Positions 26,041 to 37,962 of a stretch of 64,000 bases of DNA are shown here, in pieces. The translations under genes were made by a program, and so were the position numbers. Position 1 is the stretch's first letter. The number at the start of each line of letters is the position of its first letter. The stretch spans positions 35,836,001 to 35,900,000 of the forward strand of contig NC_043015.1 of NCBI RefSeq assembly GCF_006345805.1. The letters run 5' to 3'. The notes below the pieces were generated by a model. The model was not told where the DNA came from. It ran no database searches and saw only the letters and a program-made list of their open reading frames with translations. The DNA is from Octopus sinensis (Eukaryota).

Positions 26041-26071
<31 letters not shown>

Positions 26072-26072
26072 A

Positions 26073-26107
<35 letters not shown>

Positions 26108-26629
26108 ATATATAATATACGCATACCTGCATATATACATGCACGCATATGTACGCGTGGGTACGTGTCTCTGTGTAAGTTTTATATGTATTTGTAAATG
26201 TGTATATGTATGCATATTATCAAACTTCGATTCGAAATCTGTAAAAATGATAATAAAATTCACTACATTGGCATATTTAAACATGTTAATGCATGCATGC
26301 GCATACATATATTCATATACGAATATATTTGTTTGTACATTTATATATATATACGTATGTGTGCGTGTGTATATATATGTATATACATTTATGTATAAAT
26401 ACCAAGGTGATAATAAAAGATACGAAGAAACCAATCTAGAAATATATCTGGGAAAAAAGCGGATCGGATGCCATTTTATATAATCTAAAATTGTACAGAG
26501 ATTTGAATGGGTAAAAATGTATAACATGGAAGACTCAGACCGACTTTGAAACGAAAAAAATTCGCAATTAAAATTGTTGTTGTTATTAATATTGCTGATT
26601 TTATTCTAGCTGATCCTCCTCCTGTACTT

Positions 26630-27230
26630 CCTCGTTGACAATGTGCAGTCCTGGGAGTAATGAAAGGTGTTGTCCTTGGACAAAGCTTTTCTCAGGGAAG
26701 GGCAGGTGTTCACTGTCTGTATGTCGAGTCCTTCCCTGCAGATTCCGTGTTGTATCGCGGTAGTAGTTCTGTAGTCAAAGTGTGGTAGCTTTAGGAAGCA
26801 CGCGCCCCATCAATGACCCTGAATTGTGCCAGAGGACCTATGTTGTATATGAGATCATCTGTGGAAAATGTGGCGCATCCTCCATCAGAAGCGCGACAAG
26901 AAAACAGCATATATGCATTCGGGAGCACATGCAGGCAGGCACTTCTGTGAAGAAACATCTACGGAAATGCCAGACCCGGGAATTCAAAGTGCACATCAAG
27001 GTAACACAGTGGGACAGGGGCAACCATAAAATCTCTAAGGTTATCCTCATACACCAAAAGAAATCTAAGATCAACAATAAAAAGGTGATACAGGAAGCTA
27101 ACTGGTTGCTATAGCAACACCCTTCTGCACATGTCCACTCCAGGCTCGCTCACACATACGCACATCGGCAACATTCGTCAATTTCTTGAAAATCGTGTCA
27201 TAACCCCGAAATATTGAATACAAGGTAAGT
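26630..27230 (+). mobile_element. Penelope-like element relic: GIY-YIG endonuclease domain with an inverted upstream segment
   Basis: ORF 26782..27114 reads PINDPELCQRTYVVYEIICGKCGASSIRSATRKQHICIREH...SVKKHLRKC...KISKVILIHQKKSKINNK, a decayed VVY.I.C..C...YIG.T.R.L..RI.EH pattern. 26633-26781 reads AIQHGICREGLDIQTVNTCPSLRKALSKD...CTLST on the minus strand. Confidence 0.75.
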
Positions 27231-27326
27231 CTACATAATTGACGTATTTATTTTCTTGTGATTTACATTGCATTTACTTCGCATTGTTTTGCCCTTACGC
27301 ACGATCCTTTATACGATAATAATGAC

Positions 27327-27384
<58 letters not shown>

Positions 27385-27430
27385 GTAATAATAATAGTAA
27401 TAGTAATAGTAATAGTAATTATTATTATTA

Positions 27431-27463
<33 letters not shown>

Positions 27464-27477
27464 CATTATTATTATTG

Positions 27478-28335
27478 AGTGAGGCAACAATGCATGAAGT
27501 CCAACATACCCATGACTACCCGTCTGAGAAGGGCACACCAGGCACATGCATCACAATCATATGTACGCGACATGGTTATCTCATATAAGATTAAGATTAA
27601 CAACGCATGACCTCGCAGGTGGGGGCCCAGTTAGAATTTTCCATCCTGCTGAAAAGGTCCCTGAATAATAATGTTTTAGTATGTTGAACAAAACACCCGT
27701 TTCCAGAGGTGAGTTACCCAAAGCCAAAAGAATTCCTTTCAACATATGGCTATAATGCTACCCCTCTGCTTTTGCACGTGATCAGAGATGCACATATCGT
27801 CAGCCACTTGTTTCAAAGTGTGCTATAGACAATCCCTTCTATATTGTCATGATGTCTCTTATATTCTTTCTTGGCTAGTGGCGTACATTGACTGGTAATA
27901 TACCATACAGATTCAAAATTTTGTCCATAATTTCGGCCCTTATCACTTTCTGATGAGTTGATTATTCTGTATTTGATTTAATTCTTTCTTAATACTTACT
28001 CTTGCGCAGCACAGATTAGACCCTCCGTTTCCGGTTTTATATCACTTTTAGTCATTCATAGCCATCTTTTTTTCTGCTAGTCTTATCGTCAACATCCCTT
28101 TGAAATTGTCCATGCATTCTTTTCTTTATCCACCTATTTTCAGTTTCATTCCCTCTCAAGTGCTTGTACAGTGCTTTATCTTTGCAATCTTCCATCCTAC
28201 ACAGTAAAATCAGTTCTGTGGCACATTTTACATACCATGCTATGTTGTTTTCTTCTGCTCTAATGATGTGTTCGCATCCAATCAGTTCACTTCCTTCCCT
28301 TCATTTTTTTTGGCACATAGTCTGTCTGTGTCACA
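27478..28335 (-). mobile_element. Dong/R4-clade LINE, 5'-truncated and internally deleted, ending in a (TAA)n array
   Basis: Minus-strand translation with frameshifts: DTDRL...LIGCEHIIRAEENNIAWYVK...NRWIKKRMHGQFQRDVDDK / KRWL*MTKSDIKPETEGLICAAQE*VLRKN*IKYRI...ESVWYITSQCTPLAKKEYKRHHDNI. This covers the R4 HGQF, ETEG..AAQ and CCHC-RHD region. It is followed by ~330 bp of putative 3' UTR ending catgcattgttgcctcactc(aat)n. Confidence 0.85.
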
Positions 28336-28345
28336 AGTGGGAAAG

Positions 28346-28443
28346 TGCACATAGTCCTGTGTAAAATGAGGGAATAAAAGACGCAGTACGGCTCACCGTT
28401 CTATGGTTGACTCGAGTTTATGTGGTACAGTAGATACGAAAAT
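28346..28443 (+). repeat. Interspersed repeat end, with a second copy at 31711-31792; possibly a DNA-transposon terminus
   Basis: tgcacatagtcctgtgt..aatgagg.aataaaag.cgcagtacgg...tttatgtggtacagtagatacgaaaat occurs in both places. Confidence 0.65.
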
Positions 28444-29229
28444 CGTAATTTATTTGAGGCGAAACTCCCAAAGTGTGTCTAAAATTTTCGTTTTATAATT
28501 TTCGCAACAAGCAACGTATCAATTGTATACCTTAAGTGATATTCGTCGTCGTAATATTTTGCTTTCATTTTGTTTAATATAAATTTTTCGCCGTAATGCT
28601 GTGATAGAGAGCTATCACGTAGACAATGTCCACGCACACATTTTTTTTGTGTGCGTGTTTTGTGACTGAATAACAACTCTCAAAATTTAAACCTCTCTAA
28701 CACTTTTCTAAAATCTTCCTGGAATAAGTAAATAGCAAAATTAGATTCCGTATGAAAAATCACATGAAGATAACGAATTTGAAATTTTTCAAAAAACACT
28801 GTATCAGCAACAGAAAGGAAACCGTATATCTTACTTAATTCTCCATCTGCATTGCCCATACGTTTTTGAAAAATAATATCGTAAAAACCAATTGCGTTGC
28901 TTCAGCAGATTAGAATGGAGGTTTATTTTTTCAGAATTTCAATCCGTACCAGGTCGTGTTTTAAATAAGGATTCCTTGAATCCCTGTAACTTATTTGTGC
29001 GCCAGCTAAAAAATAATGATTAATTCCATCTATGCGTAAACGGCAAAAAGAAAAATGCCATCGGCCTTCTTTTTTGAATCATCGTTTCTTTTATATGTAA
29101 TCTGTGCGCCTACAAACACGCTTTCAGTTATATATACATACATACATACACACACACACACGCATATATATATATATATATATACTAATACACACACGCA
29201 CACATTCCTCTTATATATATATATATGCA

Positions 29230-29515
29230 TCACATGATCAACCAGACTGTCGTATGTCGCTGGCCACAATGCGCTCTGCATCATTTTAGTTCTGGTATGT
29301 TGCCACGGCGCTAGCTAGCAAGCGGGCAAGCTGGCTGACCATCCCTACTGATTGGAAGGTTATTCCATCGCAGGGTGACCTATTTGCAGCTGAGTGGGCT
29401 GAAGCAAAGGGAAATATAGTGTTTTGTTGAAGAACGCAACTTGCGTCCGGTTTGGGACTCGAAACCACGATCATCTATCGTGAGGACAACACGCCAAACC
29501 ACTCGGCCACGCATG
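29230..29515 (-). mobile_element. tRNA-derived SINE, family C (V/CORE-like body)
   Basis: Minus strand: gcgtggccgagtggtttgg (A-box)...ggtttcgagtccc (B-box)...gttcttcaacaaaacact...ccactcagctgcaaatagg..accctgcgatgga...tail gcgcattgtggccagcg. No intact tRNA acceptor stem. Confidence 0.7.
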
Positions 29516-29531
29516 TGCTATACATATGCAT

Positions 29532-29574
<43 letters not shown>

Positions 29575-30548
29575 ATGCACATATGCCAATGCTCACATAC
29601 ATGGGCACCTCAGCGGACACACTCACACACGCGATGTTTGCAAACACACATGGGATATTCACGTAAATATTTTTTGAGTGAAATTATTGTCAGCATTCAT
29701 ATCTTTCGTTTTGTTTGCACATGGGGAAAATAAGACATATTTTAATTAGTAAGATTGTCTAAAAACATAATTAATTAAATCTAACAAGCTTTGTCTTAAC
29801 AACGAAACTCCGATAAAAATTATAAACAAAATTGTTTTGCTTTCTTTATTTGTTTATATTTTCAACATCACATTCATGGAAGATAATTAAACGACCATCC
29901 TTATTATCAACTCATTTTTTGTTATTCTATTTCATATGTATTTCTGTCTCTTCTATTAAGTAATCGCAAAGGAGTGGTTCGGCTTTTTTCTTTTACATAT
30001 TTTTATTGTTTGTAACACTGCGTCTCTAATTTTTATGTTCTTTATCCAATTCCCGCTGGGGTCGACATTGCCTTGCATGCTTAAAGCAAAAATAACCTTA
30101 AGTATCAAAAACAAGTGCTAGGTTTCATTCATACGACTACACATTACTCGAAAGTGTGAGTTCCAATCCCTTAACGATTTGTAAGAAAGAGAAAACTTGA
30201 AGTTGAAAGGTGGGACAGTGCTGAAAGGCAAACGGGAAAAAAAAAGAGAATAATTTTAACAAGGCTTACACAACTATGGTCCATATAATTAACAGTCATA
30301 TGGAACAGCGGAATATATCTCGGCGATTCTTTATATAATTATTCTTCTGTCCTCGTTTATTTCTTTCTTTCGTCTTCTAGCTTTCCCCGCAACTTCTTTT
30401 TACTGAACAGATGGCAGATCTCGACTTTTCATATTATTTTCTTATTTTAATCTTTCTGTTCATGTTCGTCTCTCATTTCCGTTAAATTATATCCTGATGG
30501 CTGATTTCATATACACACACACTCACTCACACGCGCGCACACACAACA

Positions 30549-30604
<56 letters not shown>

Positions 30605-30605
<1 letters not shown>

Positions 30606-30820
30606 TGTTTGTGTATCTGTGTTTGTCCCCTCCCCATCGCCTGACAATCGATGCTGGTGTGTTTAAGTCTCCGTAACTTAGCGGTTCGGCAAATTAACCG
30701 ATAGAATAAGTTCTTGAATTCACAAAGTATAAGTCCTGGGGTGTGTTTGTTCGACTACAGGCGGTGCTCCAGGGTGGCCGCAGTCAAATGACTGAAACAA
30801 ATAAAAAGATAAAAGAATAA
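30605..30820 (+). mobile_element. SINE family A, 3' half
   Basis: tgtgtttgtcccc..ccatcgcctgacaatcgatgctggtgtgttta...gtaacttagcggttcggcaa...ggcggtgctccagggtggccgcagtcaaatgactgaaac. Confidence 0.85.
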
Positions 30821-30869
30821 TCAATGCTATAATACTTTATTCATTAAAATTATTAGCGCATTAAATTAG

Positions 30870-31030
30870 TGAGCTTCATTTTTTGTTATTCTCAGTGTCA
30901 TTAATCATAATAAGACTTTTATTGTAACTTTTCCTAATAAAGATTATTGCAAATTTTTTGATAAAGATTAATGAGTATTGTACGTGTTTTCTTTTATCAT
31001 AACTATATACGTACCTTTGCACCACCCTGT
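30870..31030 (-). mobile_element. One end of a Tc1/mariner-type (MITE-like) element
   Basis: Minus strand starts TA|CAGGGTGGTGCAAAGGTACG, a typical Tc1/mariner TIR start at a TA; the partner TIR was not found. Confidence 0.5.
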
Positions 31031-31032
31031 AC

Positions 31033-31065
<33 letters not shown>

Positions 31066-31194
31066 ACATACACACACACACACACACATATGTGTGTAGA
31101 TATATGTCGATATATGTATATATAATATATATACATATATATACGATATATACGTATACATATATATATATATATATGTATATATGTACATATG

Positions 31195-31230
<36 letters not shown>

Positions 31231-31271
31231 ATATATGTATGTATATATACATATATATATATATATAATAT

Positions 31272-31303
<32 letters not shown>

Positions 31304-31320
31304 ATATATATATATATATA

Positions 31321-31490
31321 ACAATTGCAGCGTGGAAGGTGTTTGTAAGCCATTTAAGAAACACACAAAAGCCGTTCGATTCACTTCAACATTTAAGTTT
31401 AATTTGTCAAAATATTTTCGTCTCTATAAGACCGCGACCTGTTCACTGACAAAAATCCGTGCTGCATCTGAGAAAGTAACATTTAGTTCG
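31321..31490 (-). mobile_element. Penelope-like short repeat with a degenerate minimal hammerhead fold
   Basis: Minus strand: tttgtca-GTGAACA-ggtc...gac-GAAA-atat-TT-tgacaaa, giving a 7-bp stem I and a palindromic stem III (aatatt). The core differs from CTGANGA at two positions. Confidence 0.45.
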
Positions 31491-31710
31491 TTATATATAT
31501 GTACGTATGTATGTATACACGCACGTATGCATGCATGCATGTATGTATGTATGTATGTACGTACGCCTGTGTGTATGTATGTATGTATGTGTGTGCATAT
31601 GCACGCACTTACACACTATAAAGCTATAAACCTGTAGTGATGGATAGATGTAGACTGACCACTCATCACAACGATATCAAATTTCAACCTCCCCCGCCGA
31701 AACTAGGAAT

Positions 31711-31792
31711 TGCACATAGTCCTGTGTTTAATGAGGAAATAAAAGTCGCAGTACGGCCCACTGAGTTTATGTGGTACAGTAGATACGAAAAT
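31711..31792 (+). repeat. Second copy of the 28346-28443 repeat
   Basis: Direct match apart from a short deletion. Confidence 0.65.
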
Positions 31793-31804
31793 GCAAGTAC
31801 ATCT

Positions 31805-31874
<70 letters not shown>

Positions 31875-33062
31875 TATATATATATATATATGTATGTATA
31901 TATACATATATATCTATAAGAATCTGTGCATGTAAGTGTGAGTGTGCGTGCATGTGCGTCCGTGCTTGTGTATGTGTGTATGTGCGTGCATCTGTGTATG
32001 CCAAGAATGTGTTTAAACGTGTATTTTCTCACACAGTGAAGAACTGAAAATATTCAAATTGTTTCAGTTCATCTTTTATGTAGACATTTATTCATAAAAT
32101 ACATTCCTTGCATAATTTCAAAGATTCAAAGACAAAAACATAGCAGTTATCCATCAGCTGCAGCCAGAGAATTTGTGTCAGGTGCTGCTGCTGATGGTCT
32201 ACCGTAGCTGCAGAGGGCAACACGGCAGTGGCAGTCATCAACACAGCAACTACATTTAAGGAAGCTCTTTAAGGGCGCCATTGGCTTTCTTTCTTCGAAT
32301 GCGCTTTTCACTGATGGAAAGTTCCACTTTCGTTCCCCCTCGCTTTATCCCCTTTCGCAGTTTTTGTCTCCAGCGACTTCCTCTCATCTCAAGACAGATC
32401 TATTGACTTCATATCTCTCTTACAGACGTCCTTGAAACGAAGATGAGGTCGTCCTCGTGCCCTTCACCTTGCAGAAACACGCAAATTGGGAGATCAAACA
32501 CAGTTTTACCCAAATACATTACTGCTGATAAGTAATACATTGATGCCATTAATAAAAACTCGGTATATCTTTGCTGAGAAGACATCAGCAAATCGTGAAA
32601 TGGTCCGCCAAGGACTACTTACTCACTTTTCCGCACAACAGTTATGTACAAGGAATACATTTACGTACTTATTTAACCCACAGTGAGGCTTTTATATATA
32701 TATTTGTGTGTGTGTGTGTTTTCTGCGCGCGTGCGTATCTGAGTGAGTTGTTACATACACACATACCCTCACATACAAAAACACATATAGATATATATAA
32801 TATAAGATGTTTTGGTATCCAAAAGGCAGGTAAGGCTGTGTATGTGCTACGTAAGGATCGTTGTTAAGCTCCCCGTTCAACAACAGCATGAGTGAAGAGT
32901 CTAAGGCCAGTCGTGTGTGAGCGTGTATATGTTAAATTGAATTGCCTTGGCCTTAACTTATTTTATTTAACACACACATATATATAATCTAACATCTGTA
33001 CTTGCATCTTCGTTGTTTCGCATGTATTGCATTAAGAAACTCTTAATTCACGTATTGAGTCC

Positions 33063-33973
33063 TTGGTGTCCTGTAGCCATATATGCATGTGTATATACAT
33101 ATAGATGTAGGTACGTACATATACGTATGCATATATGCATATGTTTTATTTATTATTTTGTTATTATATGATAGAACGCACGCGTCCACTTCTAAGTAAG
33201 TTTTGTCTTAATAATAATAATGATGCGCACCCTTGACCTTTCTGTCCCCCTCCCTTTCTCGTCCTTCATTCTTTCTATTTTCCTTTTCTTCTAACCTTAC
33301 TGTCCCTCTCTCTCTCATTCTTCATTCTTTCTGGTTTTGTCTACAACCCTTCCCTTTTTTCTCTCCGTTTCTCTTACTCCTCCTCCTCCTCCTCCCTCCT
33401 GTCGCTGACACGCGACGAGAGGGCCACTACTGCCTTTCTGACCCTGCTTCCATCAAGTGTAGACGGCTTTCTCTGTCTCTCTCGCGTTCTCAAAGCGTTC
33501 AAAATATTTTTTCATTCGTTCTGGCTTAACAGCCCTTAGTGTTCGTGTTACTGTTATTCTCCTTGTCCTGTCTTTTACTGTTTTTATTTGTATTGTTTTT
33601 ACTGTCCTGTTTTTGTTACCGCTTTTACCCCTCTGCAAAAAATCTCAAATTTTATTTAGTTTGCTTTTGCGGGAAGGACTGTTTCAACGGAGTCGTGTCT
33701 CGCCTTTACCTTCGAAACACGGTGTACATGAAACAGAGGCGGCTGAAGAAGGGGAATGTTCCTTGTGTTGTATGTCTTGTACTCTAATTTTTCGTTGTTT
33801 AAGAAAAATGTCCATTTCCTTGGTTTTGTTCTTATGTTTTCGTTTCTCATTGTGTTCGATGTTTTTTTGGTGTCCTGTACCCATATATGCATGTATATAT
33901 ACATATAAATGTAGGTACGTACATATATGTATGTAAATATGCATATGTTTTATTTATTATTGAGTTATTATAT
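33063..33973 (+). mobile_element. Unit bounded by ~107-bp direct repeats (33063-33169 and 33867-33973); possible Penelope-like pseudo-LTR structure
   Basis: ttggtgtcctgta.ccatatatgcatgt.tata...atgtaggtacgtacatata.gtatg.a.atatgcatatgttttatttattatt..gttattatat occurs twice. The interior has gaagg...ccttc-GAAAC-acg-GTGTA, a hammerhead-like half. Confidence 0.55.
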
Positions 33974-35794
33974 ATATATATATATATATATATAAACATA
34001 CATGCATACATATATACATAAATACATACATACATAAAGCAAAATGATGATATTCAAGATCGTTGAGTGTTATAGTAAATTAGTGAAAAGGAGAAAAAGA
34101 ATGAAATATAACTACATACACACACACATAGACACATACACAAACAGGTACACGCACACACGCGCACACACTTGTATATGTCTGTGTCTGTGCGCACAGA
34201 GAGTGATAAAGACTGAGAGCATATTCTTTTGGGTCATTAGCGGGGTAGTCCATTTAATGACCTGGAGAACATTAGACAGTTCAGACCATTAAATCGACTG
34301 GGTGCATTAAAAATAATTGGTGTCGTTAGTTGGAGATAGAAGAATCTGTAAACTGTCTGCAAATGCTCACCAAATTATAAAGAATCGAGGCAACCAAAGC
34401 AAACCACAGAAAAAAAGAAAAATGAAACGCCGTTGCCATTCATTGCTTTCACATTATCTCTAAACTTTATTTTTCTCTAAATAAATTAAATTTTCAAATA
34501 ATGATTTTAATTTTTTTTTTCTAATTTTTCGTTTTTGCTTTGTATCAACTCTAGTTTTAATATTAAATACATTTACTTTTGTATTCGTTATATACTTAAC
34601 ATGTGGCCATTTCTTTGCAGTAGATTTGATCATCGAAATTGCTCTGAAGGAATTTAGCAAGAACCATTTACGCGTAATCCCGATGACCCCAGGATTTGCG
34701 TCAAAATTTATTTACATCAGAGTTTACAGCAAAGCTGCTATTCTTGATTTAATTGCGTCCGAAACGAGACATTTTCCTTGTTAAGGGCGAATAAACACTC
34801 TTTGTTTTTTCAAATTGCAAATAATTATATCATATTTTAAACTTATTTCATATTTTTAATGATTTTCGTGAAATAGATTGTAGCACTCAGCTTGCATTTG
34901 ATCGATAATTTGGAGTAAAGTTATATTAAATAACACACAAAACAATCACTCCATTTATCGAAACTTTCTTCGGTTCTCGAGAGTGTAGATGGACTTCTTA
35001 GTGGTGATTATCAACAGCTTCAAATGGAAAGGAAATATAACCAACTATTCTCCAAGATAAACTTATCCTTAAAGTGAAGATATTGTAATTGTCTGAAAAA
35101 ATGAATTTATCCTGCTGAAATTTGTTCCTACCTCGCAATTCATCTTTAGTAGAACAATTTCCCTCCATTATTCTCAATGGACGAAACATATCCATGGCTC
35201 TAGTAATTTGGATAAATGAACGGAAAATGCGTTGCGAGAAATAACTGTGAATGGTTAGTGGCATTCATTTGGATAAAAAAGACTAATAAGGGAATATTAA
35301 TTAAACTCTCAGGTAATTACTTAATGTACTGAATCTCCGTTTCCATAGAAGGTAGACCAACCACATAGTGACAGCTGTTGCCGTTACTGAAATGTTATCA
35401 TGGTGGTGTATTTGTAATATTTTAATGGATGATACCTCTCTCAGCGTTTTTATGGCTTTCATTTTATCGCACTTATAAAGAAGAGTTTCAAAGATAAGGG
35501 GACACAACTAGAACGTAAATATAATATAATGATGCTCACTTATCATACAGATAAGCACACATGCGTATTGATAATCACACGTCGATACAGATAGACTGAA
35601 ACACACACATATGAATAGCACACACATACGCTCATAATGCAATTCATTTTACTGAAAGGAAGGTTAGGATAGCAATAAAATACCTCGTAATATCGAAATA
35701 AAGCCCTGAAGCCGGTACAACGCATTAGAAAAGAAGATTAAACTGCTCTTTACATTGTTAGGTCATTTTATACTCTGCTTATGTATTTGCTTGA

Positions 35795-35831
<37 letters not shown>

Positions 35832-36834
35832 AGTATATGCATTTGTATGAATTTGTACTTATATATTACAAGAATGGAAGAAAAGGAAAGAGAGATAGTT
35901 ACTTATGTAGATTTTGATATAGACATACTTGCATACATAGATTCAGCTTTTAAATCGTTATTGACATTTGTGTGTAAATATGTGTGTCGTATTGTCTATA
36001 AGTGCTCAGCAGCGCATGCACGAAATATCTACACTAAGGGGGAAAAATGTCAGCTTAAATAGTTCTCAAGAACACGTCACCATTAACTAAATCGCCCTTT
36101 CATAATTCTCTTGCTTACATAATAAATACTGCCACACTTTCTCTGTCGCCATCTCACGTAGCTGTCAGTATTTAAAAGCATATTCAACTACAAAATTATA
36201 TGCATATATCTATTTCGCAATTTCCTATAGAATTCCTGCCCATATTGTCCTGCTTAGCCTACATAAGTGACCTCTATATTATCCCCTATCTGTTCCATAT
36301 TCTACCTCTCTATTTCCTGTTCCCCGTTAGCTTGATTTTATAGCATGTTTATAACTTCCACTTCCTCTATACATTTAAATACGCTTATACAATCGCATAT
36401 ACACACGCAAACATATAATACATGCACGCACATACGCCTTCTCGTGAACATACATAATATTCAATATGAAGAGGATATTGCGTCATAAAAACACATAACT
36501 ATTTATATGTTGCTATATTTTCATTATTATAAATCATTCGGTTGACGGATAATGATGATAAATATATAATAAAAAGCAATGGAAGTAATTTATAGACAGC
36601 GCGTGTGATTTAATGACCTTCCCAATAAAACGAATTCAGTTGAAGAATCTTGCCTACTTGTGGGTGTATTTGTATATATGTTTGTGTACGCGTATACATA
36701 GATACACACACATACATGCATACATAACATACATACATACATACATACATACATACATACATACATACATACATACATACATACATACATACATGCATGC
36801 ATTCACACATGTTACTTAAATGCTCAACAGAAGA

Positions 36835-36990
36835 GCCGAATGCTTAAGGAGTTAAGATGTCTACTCTGTAGCGACGCGATCCGGGTTCGCTCCTACAACT
36901 TGGACTTTGTACAAATGTTTCTATGTTTTTGAGTCAACCTCCATCTTGTGAATGAAATTGTAGAGTCAGAAATTGTATAGAAGCCCGTGG
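36835..36990 (+). mobile_element. SINE family A-like 5' half, old
   Basis: gatccgggttcgctcc...cttgtgaatgaaattg...gaaattgtatagaagcccg aligns with the family-A head and body. Confidence 0.5.
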
Positions 36991-37962
36991 CACAGATTTT
37001 ATTTGTCATCCGGAAGGCAGTGCTTTTATGCATCCTGTGCGGCGCCATTTATAACTCAGAATCACGTTAGGGGCACACCTGCTTCTTGGATACTTCGAGG
37101 CGTACCTGCTGCTTTAGGAACTCAGTTGATTGAACAGCTTGATTGTCATCGTCACACAGGTGTGATCTGCAACAGTGTGGCTATGAAAAGTTTGGCCTCA
37201 GCCGTTTTGCCGTTGCGTATTTGGTGTCCCTGTTTCAATGCTGACATGTTTGACGTATTCTAAGGCTTCTGTCGGCCTCTCCCCCTCTCCGCGTCCGTGA
37301 GCGTATTTCCTATAATGTGTACGAGGAGTCGGAAAGCGTTTATACCAGACACGTTCAATTAATAATTGTAATGTGTCACTCTCACCCTTTTTCTATGTTA
37401 TTGTATGTGTGTGCGTATAAGTGTGTGCATGTGTACGTACGCATGTGTATGTGAGCATCGATGTCTCTGAGTGTGCGTGTCTAGTATACATGTGGATGTG
37501 TGCATTTGTGTGTATGTGTGTGCACTTGTATGTGCGCATATAGGTGTGTGTATGTGTTTGTGCGTGCGCGCACGCGTCCTGTGCCAAAAAGTATTCTCGC
37601 ATGAAAAGGCCGAAAGTCCTGTCAGTTGTGCCAGATGGCCAGCGTGCAAAGAGCTGCGTCCAGTCATCAGATTGTCTCACTGCGTATAGTTTGCAACATG
37701 CGCTTCTTCCTTACATCGGTGTGTAGCCAAAGTGGGACAACATCATCGGAAGTTTATTCAGTAAAGTGGCTCAGGTTTTCTCTATACTACTTATGATAAA
37801 ATCTCAAGTTTTTATTCTCTCTTGCTTACTCTTGTGGGTTCGAGGTCATTGTGAATTCTTGGCAGAGAAGAAGAGGAAGAAGAAGAAGAAGAAGAGAAGA
37901 AGAAGAAGAAGAAGAAGAAGAAGGTGGAGTAGGAGGGGAGGAGGTGAGGAGGAGGAGGAAAA

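Noticed and set aside
29440-29515. tRNA-like A and B boxes (also at 11700-11760 and 20212-20280)
   Set aside because: No complete cloverleaf, and the sequence continues into SINE bodies; these are SINE heads, not tRNA genes.
34990-35500. Possible third Penelope GIY-YIG relic on the minus strand
   Set aside because: Only vague similarity near the end (KDELRGRNKFQQDKF); core motifs could not be recovered.
37610-37675. CTGATGA on the minus strand (gtcatcag) as a hammerhead core
   Set aside because: No stem II followed by GAAA at a suitable distance.
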